A stretch of DNA of 64,000 bases from a bacterium. Its GTDB lineage: Bacteria > SAR324 > NAC60-12. Location: contig OZ242383.1 of assembly GCA_965209155.1 (NCBI GenBank), positions 1,728,001 to 1,792,000 on the forward strand, read 5' to 3'. Under the pieces are notes generated by a model. It worked only from the letters and a program-made list of their open reading frames with translations. It was not told the origin of the DNA and ran no database searches. The position numbers were made by a program, and so were the translations under genes. This document shows positions 56,447 to 64,000 of this stretch, piece after piece; position 1 is the stretch's first letter, and each line of letters opens with the position of its first letter.

Positions 56447-56794
56447 ACCTGGTTTTTCTCCATTGAAAAGGTGCTCCGAATACAAAAAGGATTTGTTTTA
56501 TCTGTAATAATTCGGCGTAATAAATTACCTCAATAAATATTTTGTTATTGCAGGTGGATTATGAGATAAAATTTTTTTAAGCAACCCGCGAAATTCTATA
56601 TTTGCCATTCCGGGTAAAATCGGCAATCCAAGAACAAATCAGGCTATCCAAAAGCTTGGATTCGCGTTCGATTCAGAGATGGTAAGTTATTGCAATCATT
56701 ATTTTTCTATTGAAGACTTCCAGTTTACTCTTCCAGGCATTTACTTCAATTTCTTAAATATTGAAATCAATCATCATCTCTGAAGGAGAGCAAA

Positions 56795-57808
56795 ATGGCA
56801 AAAAGGTCAGGACATCCTCCATTTTACAGCGCGTTAAAAGATAAAAATCTGTATCCAGAGGCAACGAGGAAAATCAAATTTTCGGAAACTCGAACCTCTT
56901 ATTTTTTTATCACAGGAAGCACTTATTACAAGATCAAAAAAAGTGGTCATGATTATTCCAGCCCTGCTGTTGTCGAAGCATTTTTGAATGAGGAACTGAA
57001 GTTGGGTCAAATATATGCGGATAATGTCTACCAGGAAGTCGTTCCCGTGGTTGAACAAAACGGGAATTTTTTATTGAGAGGAACAGGTCGAGTGGTGACT
57101 TATGCCTTGAAAATGGGACAACTGAATGAGCGATATTTTCTCTCCTCTTTACTCGAGCGAGATAAAGCGTCCACCAACGATATTGGATGGATTGCGAAGC
57201 AATTGGCACTTGTTCATAGTGCGCACCCCGTGGAGGGAAGAGCGGATGCCGGACGTTCCGATAATCTTTATGATCTATGTGAGGATATGCTTTATCAGAG
57301 CCAAAAATATCTCAATACAACCGTCACTCAACCCATGTTGGACATAATCCGCAGACCCTTGGAAAAATTTTTAGAAGAACAACGGAAGTTGTTTTCCCGT
57401 CGCTTGAAGAAAAAAAGAATCGTGCAGGGCCATGGCGCCGTCCTGCCGGAGCATATATACGTCAGAGATTCGGAAGTTCATTTCATCAGCCCCCAGGAAT
57501 TACATCGAAAATTTTGTCTCTTGGATGCTGCTATCGATGTGGCTTACCTGACAGTTGAGTTTGCCCGCTTTCGTCAAATGGAATGGATGGACCTTTTCAT
57601 AAAACACTACATTGCCGCGGCAAAAGATCGAGATTTATTGACAATCTTACCCACTTTTCAAACCTTTGTTGCCCTCAAACAGGGAGTCACATATTCAGAA
57701 TGGATGACTGAAACAGAAGGCAATGCGCATAGCGAACAAGCGCAGATAGCATCCGACTATTTCAACCTGGCAGTACGATTTTCCCGTGAAATTCCCAAAC
57801 TGCAGTGA
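56795..57808 (+). CDS. Aminoglycoside-phosphotransferase-like kinase-fold protein with degenerate active site
   Basis: ETRTS....G...YKIKK, EELKL, YALKM; HGAVLPEHI in place of HGDLHxxNI; DAAIDVAYL. Confidence 0.65.
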   Translation: MAKRSGHPPFYSALKDKNLYPEATRKIKFSETRTSYFFITGSTYYKIKKSGHDYSSPAVVEAFLNEELKLGQIYADNVYQEVVPVVEQNGNFLLRGTGRVVTYALKMGQLNERYFLSSLLERDKASTNDIGWIAKQLALVHSAHPVEGRADAGRSDNLYDLCEDMLYQSQKYLNTTVTQPMLDIIRRPLEKFLEEQRKLFSRRLKKKRIVQGHGAVLPEHIYVRDSEVHFISPQELHRKFCLLDAAIDVAYLTVEFARFRQMEWMDLFIKHYIAAAKDRDLLTILPTFQTFVALKQGVTYSEWMTETEGNAHSEQAQIASDYFNLAVRFSREIPKLQ

Positions 57809-57904
57809 CCTGGAAATACTGAAAGTTTTCTTTCAAATATTTCCTGAATCCCGGAAAACAATCAGGCTTGGCTTTTCAATAGAACAATTGGTGGAAGGAA
57901 CTCG

Positions 57905-58579
57905 ATGAGAATCACCTTGAAAGCCGCAAGCACTCTGGACGGGAAAATAGCCACCAAAACGGGACAATCCAAATGGATTACCGGGAAAGAAGCAAGAAAA
58001 GCGGTTCATTTACTGCGCAACGAACATGACGCTATCCTGGTTGGAATCAACACCATCCTGGCCGATAATCCACAACTAACGACCCGTGATGTTCCTGGAG
58101 GGAAATCACCAATAAGAATCATACTGGACTCGAGGTGTCAGATCCCTCCCGAAAGCGCTTGTTTGATGGACGATGGTGTCCTTTGTTTGGTTGTGGTGGG
58201 CTCAAAGAGTTTACGATCGAGGAGAGATGATTTGCAGGACCAGTGCGCAGCCGGAAAACATCTTCATCTCCTGCAAGCCCCGACCCCGCGGCCCCAAATC
58301 AAATGGTTGCTTCCACAGCTTGCGCAGTATAAAATAAATCGTCTTCTGGTAGAGGGAGGAAGCCGGGTACACGCGAGTTTTATTCGAGAAAATTATGCGG
58401 ATCACCTGGTCCTCTTTCTTTCCGGAAAATTGATTGGAGGAAATGAGGCCCTTTCCTGGTGTGGCGATTTGAATGGTTTGGAACTGGAAAAACTACCCCA
58501 ACTAAAAATTCAATCCATGCGGATGATCGGAAAGGATATTATGGTTCATGCCGGTTTTATAAAGGAATTTAATGAGTAA
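57905..58579 (+). CDS. ribD: RibD C-terminal reductase domain only
   Basis: [43 protein letters not shown]; no deaminase domain. Confidence 0.85.
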   Translation: MRITLKAASTLDGKIATKTGQSKWITGKEARKAVHLLRNEHDAILVGINTILADNPQLTTRDVPGGKSPIRIILDSRCQIPPESACLMDDGVLCLVVVGSKSLRSRRDDLQDQCAAGKHLHLLQAPTPRPQIKWLLPQLAQYKINRLLVEGGSRVHASFIRENYADHLVLFLSGKLIGGNEALSWCGDLNGLELEKLPQLKIQSMRMIGKDIMVHAGFIKEFNE

Positions 58580-59798
58580 GGAGGCAAATATCCCCCTGCG
58601 CTTTGACACGATTGAAGAAGCAATCGCCGATGTCCGGGAAGGGAAATTGTTTATATTGATGGATGATCCGGGTCGGGAAAATGAAGGGGATTTAGTTTGC
58701 GCTGCCGAAAAAGTGACGGCAGAGATAATCAATTTCATGGCAAGACATGGGCGCGGTCTGATCTGTCTGGCCCTGGATTCCGCAAGGGTCAACCAGTTGA
58801 AACTGCCACTGATGGTCCAGCACAACGAAGCGGAATTTGGTACTAATTTCACTGTCAGTATTGAAGCGGCGTCCGGGGTGACGACTGGAATTTCAGCCGC
58901 AGATCGCGCACGCACTATTCAGGCGGCAATGGCGCCTGACGCCGTTCCGCAAGATTTACATCGTCCGGGACATATTTTCCCTTTACTTGCGCAAGATGGA
59001 GGCGTGTTGAAACGCGCGGGTCAAACCGAGGGTTCCGTCGATATCACACGCATGGCGGGTTTGTCTCCCGGAGGGGTGGTTTGCGAAGTATTGAACGAAG
59101 ATGGCACCATGGCCCGTTATCCTCAACTGAGGAAGTTTGCGGACGAACATGATTTCAAACTAATCACCATTGCCGATTTGATTCGTTACCGGAAAAGAAC
59201 CGAGGTGCTTGTTAAGCTTGAAGCAGAGGCGAATTTACCGACTTTTTTTGGCGAATTCAGGATCGTCGCCTTCCAAAACATCCTGGACGATAGCGATTAC
59301 GTGGCTTTGGTGAAAGGTCATTGGCAGGAAAACGAACCCGTTTTGGTCCGGGTTCATTCTCAGTGCTTGACTGGCGATGTTTTTGGCTCCTTTCGTTGTG
59401 ATTGCGGAATGCAGCTTTATGCCGCCATGAAAAAAGTGGAGCAGGAAGGAAAAGGGGTGGTGCTTTACTTGCCACAAGAAGGGAGAGGAATTGGATTGAT
59501 CAATAAAATCAGAGCGTATGGCTTGCAAGAGCAAGGTGATGATACGGTGGAGGCCAATCACAAGCTGGGCTTTGGTGAAGACTTGAGAGACTATGGAATT
59601 GGTGCTCAGATCTTATCCATGTTGGGGGTTAAAAAAATGCGCCTGATGACGAACAATCCCAAAAAAATCGTAGGTGTGCAAGGTCATGATTTGGAAGTGG
59701 TAGAACGCGTGCCCTTGGAAATCGAGGCTCATCCGCAAAATGAAGAATATCTGTTAACCAAGAAACTGAAATTGGGGCATATATTGCAAAGGATATAG
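58572..59798 (+). CDS. ribBA: Bifunctional DHBP synthase / GTP cyclohydrolase II
   Basis: [56 protein letters not shown]. Confidence 0.97.
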   Translation: MSKEANIPLRFDTIEEAIADVREGKLFILMDDPGRENEGDLVCAAEKVTAEIINFMARHGRGLICLALDSARVNQLKLPLMVQHNEAEFGTNFTVSIEAASGVTTGISAADRARTIQAAMAPDAVPQDLHRPGHIFPLLAQDGGVLKRAGQTEGSVDITRMAGLSPGGVVCEVLNEDGTMARYPQLRKFADEHDFKLITIADLIRYRKRTEVLVKLEAEANLPTFFGEFRIVAFQNILDDSDYVALVKGHWQENEPVLVRVHSQCLTGDVFGSFRCDCGMQLYAAMKKVEQEGKGVVLYLPQEGRGIGLINKIRAYGLQEQGDDTVEANHKLGFGEDLRDYGIGAQILSMLGVKKMRLMTNNPKKIVGVQGHDLEVVERVPLEIEAHPQNEEYLLTKKLKLGHILQRI

Positions 59799-59868
59799 AT
59801 TTTTCAAGCAGCAGTCACTCCCGCATGCGCATGCGCGCGGACTTCGCAAGCAGTGGTTCCCAAAAATC

Positions 59869-60711
59869 GTGAATTATCTAAAAAAATCCGAACGATTCAT
59901 TCGATTCGACAGCAAAAAAACGCAACTGGCAATTTCACAGTCGGCTCCCTCCGAATTGCTTTATGGAATTTTACCGGTCCAGCAAGCCCTCTTGCATCGC
60001 AAACGCGTGTTTTTTTCCCTTTCCATCAAAGAGAGTCCCACTTCGAAACGTCTGAAAAATTTGCAGAATATGGCACATGAAATCAGCCTTTCAGTCCATT
60101 GTCTCAATAAAGGCCAATTGGATATTTTATGTCCCCAAGTTCCTCATCAGGGGGTGGTTTTAAGCTGCGGCCCGTTGCCTTATGCTGATTTTGACTTGTC
60201 AGCTGCGCCCCTACCGGCTACCAAGGCAACTCAGCGCTTTCCCGTTTATGTGGCAATGGATCGGATTGAAGATCCACGCAATCTGGGTGCCATAATCCGA
60301 TCATGCGCATTTTTCAATGTATGCGGAGTGATCGTCCCCCGACAAAATTCTTCTCCATTGAGTCCTGTCGTTTCTAAAAGTTCTGCAGGCGTGGTGGAAT
60401 CTTTTCCGGTGATGGCTGTTGCCAACCTTCCGCGCTTCTTAAAAGAGCAGAAGCAGAAAGGATACTGGATTGTTGGATTGGATACGCAAGCAGAATTGTC
60501 CGTAACAACCTTGCGTCAAGATCGTCCCTATATTTTGGTTGTCGGCAATGAAGGTCGGGGAATGCGAAAGTTGGTCAAATCTACCTGTGATTGGCAGGTC
60601 ACGATTTCAGGAAACATAAAGGTGGCAGCTCTCAACGTGAGCAATGCCACCGCCATTGCTTTGTATCAGCTCACTCAATTACGTTCCGCCGATTCGGAAT
60701 CCTTTTCTTGA
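59869..60711 (+). CDS. rlmB: 23S rRNA Gm2251 methyltransferase (TrmH/SpoU family)
   Basis: HQGV, DRIEDPRNLGAIIRS, KSSAG, VGNEGRG, LNVSNA. Confidence 0.88.
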   Translation: MNYLKKSERFIRFDSKKTQLAISQSAPSELLYGILPVQQALLHRKRVFFSLSIKESPTSKRLKNLQNMAHEISLSVHCLNKGQLDILCPQVPHQGVVLSCGPLPYADFDLSAAPLPATKATQRFPVYVAMDRIEDPRNLGAIIRSCAFFNVCGVIVPRQNSSPLSPVVSKSSAGVVESFPVMAVANLPRFLKEQKQKGYWIVGLDTQAELSVTTLRQDRPYILVVGNEGRGMRKLVKSTCDWQVTISGNIKVAALNVSNATAIALYQLTQLRSADSESFS

Positions 60712-60715
60712 TGAT

Positions 60716-61846
60716 TCAGCTGTCCAACTGAAAGCGACGCATTCGAATATTGAGCAGCAGACCGATGCCAAACATCATGGAAAGCATGGAGGAACCACCA
60801 TAGCTGAAAAAAGGAAGGGGAACTCCAACGACTGGCATCAATCCCAAAACCATCCCAATGTTGATCAACACGTGAGATGTGATGATGGAAACGATGCCAA
60901 CCACCAGTATGGCGCTGGAGCAGTCCTTGGTTTTCAAAATTCCGGTCAACGCCCAAAGAATGAGAAAAAGGAAGAGTACCAAAACCGTGATGCCTCCCAT
61001 AAAACCCCATTCTTCAGTAAAAATGGAAAATATAAAGTCGGTATGATGGGCTGGCAGGAAATTCAGTTTTCCCTGTGTTCCCTGTTCGAACCCTTTCCCC
61101 CAAATACGACCGCTGCCAATAGCAATCATGGATTGGATGACTTGATACCCGGCACCCAGCGCATCTCGTTCCGGGTTGATGAAAGTCAGAATACGGTCCT
61201 GCTGATAAGGTTTCAGGATGGGGTTCAATAGATACGGGATACCGAACCAAGCCACAATGGAAGAGAGCACCAGGAGGAATGCAATGGCCAGCATTGTCAA
61301 CTTGCGAATACCAACTAAAAAAATAACAAAGCTATAGGTAATCAATAGCAACAAGGCCGTTCCCAAGTCCGGTTGATTCATAATCAGGACAAAGTGGATC
61401 ATGACCAGGATAGTGGGCCAGATCAGTTTGACGATGCCCAGGTTTCCAATTCGACGCACATCCCTGAAATGATAGGCTAATACGAGGACCAGGGTGAATT
61501 TTGAAAATTCGGATGGTTGTACGAAAAAACCACCCAGATCGAGCCATCTTTTGACCGGTGTTCCTGGACCTCCTACTCCATACAACAAAACCAGAATCAG
61601 CATGAATATAATCACCGCATGGAACAAAATTCCCCATTTGACGAAAAATCGGTAGTGTATCAAGGTGGTGCAAAAAGCGATTCCCATTCCCAGGAATATC
61701 CAGTATACTTGACGAACTTTATAGTTGGCCATTTCTGGCGCTCCCATGGTGGCCGAATGAATGGCAACGAGGCCAAGGGTACAAATCACCAAAACTATAC
61801 CACACAAAATCCAATCAAAATTGGACAACAATCGCCGATCAAACAT
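60716..61846 (-). CDS. rodA: Rod shape-determining protein RodA
   Basis: RWL.LG...QPSEF.K, QPDLGT, YQ..RI, GYQVIQSMIAIGSG, HTDFIF, LPFFSYGGSS. Confidence 0.95.
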   Translation of the reverse strand: MFDRRLLSNFDWILCGIVLVICTLGLVAIHSATMGAPEMANYKVRQVYWIFLGMGIAFCTTLIHYRFFVKWGILFHAVIIFMLILVLLYGVGGPGTPVKRWLDLGGFFVQPSEFSKFTLVLVLAYHFRDVRRIGNLGIVKLIWPTILVMIHFVLIMNQPDLGTALLLLITYSFVIFLVGIRKLTMLAIAFLLVLSSIVAWFGIPYLLNPILKPYQQDRILTFINPERDALGAGYQVIQSMIAIGSGRIWGKGFEQGTQGKLNFLPAHHTDFIFSIFTEEWGFMGGITVLVLFLFLILWALTGILKTKDCSSAILVVGIVSIITSHVLINIGMVLGLMPVVGVPLPFFSYGGSSMLSMMFGIGLLLNIRMRRFQLDS

Positions 61847-62058
61847 TTCTCCAAACCTGTTCCATCTCTTTCAGTACAATGCTGTATCCTACCTGTATTG
61901 TCATCGATTTTCAGTATTCGTGGAAACCAGCCCTTCAATCTGCTCATTCAATTGGCGCACCGCGATGAATTCATCCGGAGTTTCTGAAGGTTGAGAAAAA
62001 AGTAACAGAGAAATATGCGAAAGTCATCTTCTCTAACCCAGCTTTTTTTGGAATTACA

Positions 62059-62087
62059 TGGACAAAAGATTAATTTGCTGGTATAAA
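62059..62087 (+). promoter_or_regulatory. Sigma70-like promoter for iscA-bolA
   Basis: TGGACA-17 nt-TATAAA with a TG extension. Confidence 0.5.
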
Positions 62088-62180
62088 AGTTAATGGCAAT
62101 TGCTGTCGATGGGAGTATTTATTAAAGTGGGATTCGGCCTGTGATCCAAATTTTTAACTTTCTGCAAAAAAGATCTCTTT

Positions 62181-62549
62181 ATGATTAAGCTGACAGCGGC
62201 AGCTGCGAAAGAAATCAAAAAAATCATGGAAGAACAGCATCTTCCCCAAGAAGTCAAAATCCGTGTTGGCGTGAAAGGGGGTGGATGTTCCGGTTTTACT
62301 TATACCTTTGAATTCGATTCAAAAAAACGCAAATTCGACCTTGAGTTTGAATCTCGGGATTTGCGAATTTTGGTGGACAAAAAAAGCCATTTGTATATCA
62401 GAGACACTGAAATCGACTGGAGTTATGGTTTGATGGACCGCGGATTGAGGTTCAATAACCCGGGCGCAAAAAGCTCTTGTGGATGCAAAACCTCCTTCAT
62501 GTTCGAACCTCCGGAAAATATGGCAAAGTTACCCACTCCCTGGAATTGA
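62181..62549 (+). CDS. iscA: HesB/IscA-family Fe-S cluster assembly protein
   Basis: RVGVKGGGCSG, FNNPGA..SCGC..SF. Confidence 0.92.
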   Translation: MIKLTAAAAKEIKKIMEEQHLPQEVKIRVGVKGGGCSGFTYTFEFDSKKRKFDLEFESRDLRILVDKKSHLYIRDTEIDWSYGLMDRGLRFNNPGAKSSCGCKTSFMFEPPENMAKLPTPWN

Positions 62550-62570
62550 TTTCCTTTTCTATAAAGCAAT

Positions 62571-62825
62571 ATGAACAAACCCGTGGGTCAATCCATTGAA
62601 GATCAGGTAAAAATCTGCATTGAGTCTGCAATTCCTCAGTCACAGGCGCAAGTGAGCAGCAATGGGAATCATTTTCAGATTACGGTGATCTCTCCCGTAT
62701 TTGAAGGTATGGGTCTGTTGGACAAACAACGCATGGTCTATTCGGCAATTGCGTCCTTCATTTCAGGGCCCAAAGCTCCCATTCACGCCGTGGACCGGTT
62801 ACTGACCCTCAGCTCCGGGAAATGA
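62571..62825 (+). CDS. BolA/IbaG-family protein
   Basis: GNHFQITVISPVFEG..LLDKQRMVY...IHA. Confidence 0.9.
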   Translation: MNKPVGQSIEDQVKICIESAIPQSQAQVSSNGNHFQITVISPVFEGMGLLDKQRMVYSAIASFISGPKAPIHAVDRLLTLSSGK

Positions 62826-62942
62826 CAAAAAGGCAAACGCCCAGCCCATGTTGAAATCTTATTCCCAACTGATCCATCGCTTCCCTGAAAGAGGAAAAGG
62901 GGGGTATTGATTATGCGATTAATTTTTTAATGCAGGAATTTC

Positions 62943-63416
62943 ATGAAAATTGAAGGGAATCGCATTACGTATTCAAAAAAACTGGAAGTGAAATTTTCAG
63001 CTAACGTCATTGAAGAAAATGAGGAGCAGGTTACCCTGGAAGGAGTGGATGAGGACTCATATTTGAAAATCTACTCCCCTTTTCGTGGAATCGCCCGGTT
63101 GCTGCTTTTTGAGAACGGAAAATGGTTTGACGCGGAAAGTGGCGTTTCCCAATTCGATTATTCCGCACTAGGTCTTGGCGAGCCTCCGGATTTGGATAAT
63201 TTGGATGAAAATGAAGAGCAAGCGGGAGACCGGAAAAAAACAGAGACCTCGGTTTCTGAACCAGGTCTTGGCGAGCCTCCGGATTTGAATAATTTGGATG
63301 GAAATGACGAGCAAGCGGAAGACCGCAAAAAAGCGGATGTCTCGGTTTCTGATTCTGAAGAAGTCGTGCTGGCCTCTGAAAAAGTAAAAAAACAAAATTT
63401 CCCAAGTAAGGAATAG
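62943..63416 (+). CDS. Hypothetical acidic protein with a 31-aa tandem repeat
   Basis: RBS AGGA; GLGEPPDL.NLD.N.EQA.DRKK...SVS occurs twice. Confidence 0.7.
   Translation: MKIEGNRITYSKKLEVKFSANVIEENEEQVTLEGVDEDSYLKIYSPFRGIARLLLFENGKWFDAESGVSQFDYSALGLGEPPDLDNLDENEEQAGDRKKTETSVSEPGLGEPPDLNNLDGNDEQAEDRKKADVSVSDSEEVVLASEKVKKQNFPSKE
63170..63352 (+). repeat. 93-bp-period tandem duplication
   Basis: AGGTCTTGGCGAGCCTCCGGATTTG... at 63170 and 63263. Confidence 0.9.
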
Positions 63417-63536
63417 TTGCTGAACCCACAGAGACTATTCCACAAAATCCTGGCGAATGCCGCGTTCTTCCTTCCCTGGTTCTCCCAGACCCTGTTGAAG
63501 CGCTCAAAGTGTATCAATTAAAATTGTGAAAAAACG

Positions 63537-64000
63537 ATGACCGAAAAAATTATTGAGACTGATATCTCCCGGGAAATGCGCGATTCATATCTGGAATACG
63601 CCATGAGCGTCATTATCGGACGTGCGCTACCCGACGTCCGCGATGGTCTGAAACCCGTGCACCGCCGAACGTTGTATTCAATGACGGAGCAGGGCAACGA
63701 CTACAACAAGCCCTATCGTAAGTCGGCAAGGGTAGTCGGAGACGTGATAGGGAAATACCATCCTCATGGGGAGTCTGCCGTTTACGATACCATCGTCCGA
63801 ATGGCCCAGAATTTTTCCATGCGTTATCCCCTGGTAGATGGACAGGGAAACTTCGGTTCGGTCGATGGAGATTCCGCTGCTGCCATGCGTTATACGGAAA
63901 TTCGTATGGAGCGCATCACCCATGAAATGATGACGGATCTTGAAAAGGATACCGTCGAGTTTATTCCCAATTACGACGAGTCGATTGCGGAACCCAGTGT
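63537..64000 (+). CDS. gyrA: DNA gyrase subunit A (5' part)
   Basis: [57 protein letters not shown]. Confidence 0.97.
   Translation, partial: MTEKIIETDISREMRDSYLEYAMSVIIGRALPDVRDGLKPVHRRTLYSMTEQGNDYNKPYRKSARVVGDVIGKYHPHGESAVYDTIVRMAQNFSMRYPLVDGQGNFGSVDGDSAAAMRYTEIRMERITHEMMTDLEKDTVEFIPNYDESIAEPS

Noticed and set aside
57809..57904. FMN riboswitch before the rib genes
   Set aside because: The region is too short and lacks the conserved AGGGC/GAAATTCCC/CCGAC motifs; only a simple hairpin is present.
1..64000. tRNA or rRNA genes, including a tRNA insertion site for the island
   Set aside because: I recognised no cloverleaf or T-loop motif by eye; tRNAscan-SE would be needed to exclude them.

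Overview
A bacterial chromosome segment, probably from a Gram-negative deltaproteobacterium-like organism (SAR324-like is my impression from gene style and is not verified). Two housekeeping arms flank an accessory island of about 37.5 kb (about 15.3-53.0 kb). The left arm (1-15.3 kb) has an ABC permease/ATPase with tesA, a CaiB CoA-transferase, rsmE, aroQ, lptD, mgtE, csrA and an orphan family-5 solute-binding protein (SBP). The right arm (53-64 kb) has lpxB, dtd, an HtrA protease, a kinase-like protein, a RibD reductase domain, ribBA, rlmB, rodA, iscA-like, bolA-like and the start of gyrA. The island has no integrase. It holds two SBP-dppB-dppC operons without ATPases followed by catabolic enzymes, a dismembered type I restriction-modification locus, many transposase remnants, and toxin-antitoxin pairs whose toxins are broken. 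The best hidden structure is a 16,822-bp unit (29719-46540) bounded by IS66-type ends with a perfect 8-bp flanking duplication (CCAAACGG), inserted into the terminal repeat of an IS5 element. Its structured ~215-bp right end occurs twice, and the inner copy places a consensus extended -10 promoter directly before the cargo operon. Two more copies of the same end cap tandem toxin-antitoxin modules. Other notable signals are a 36/35/36-like repeat-spacer-repeat inside a MITE whose sister copy is empty, a systematic pattern of middle-deleted genes, CsrA-type hairpins in the csrA leader, and an operator-like motif shared by two catabolic units. All calls come from reading motifs by eye; no searches were run.
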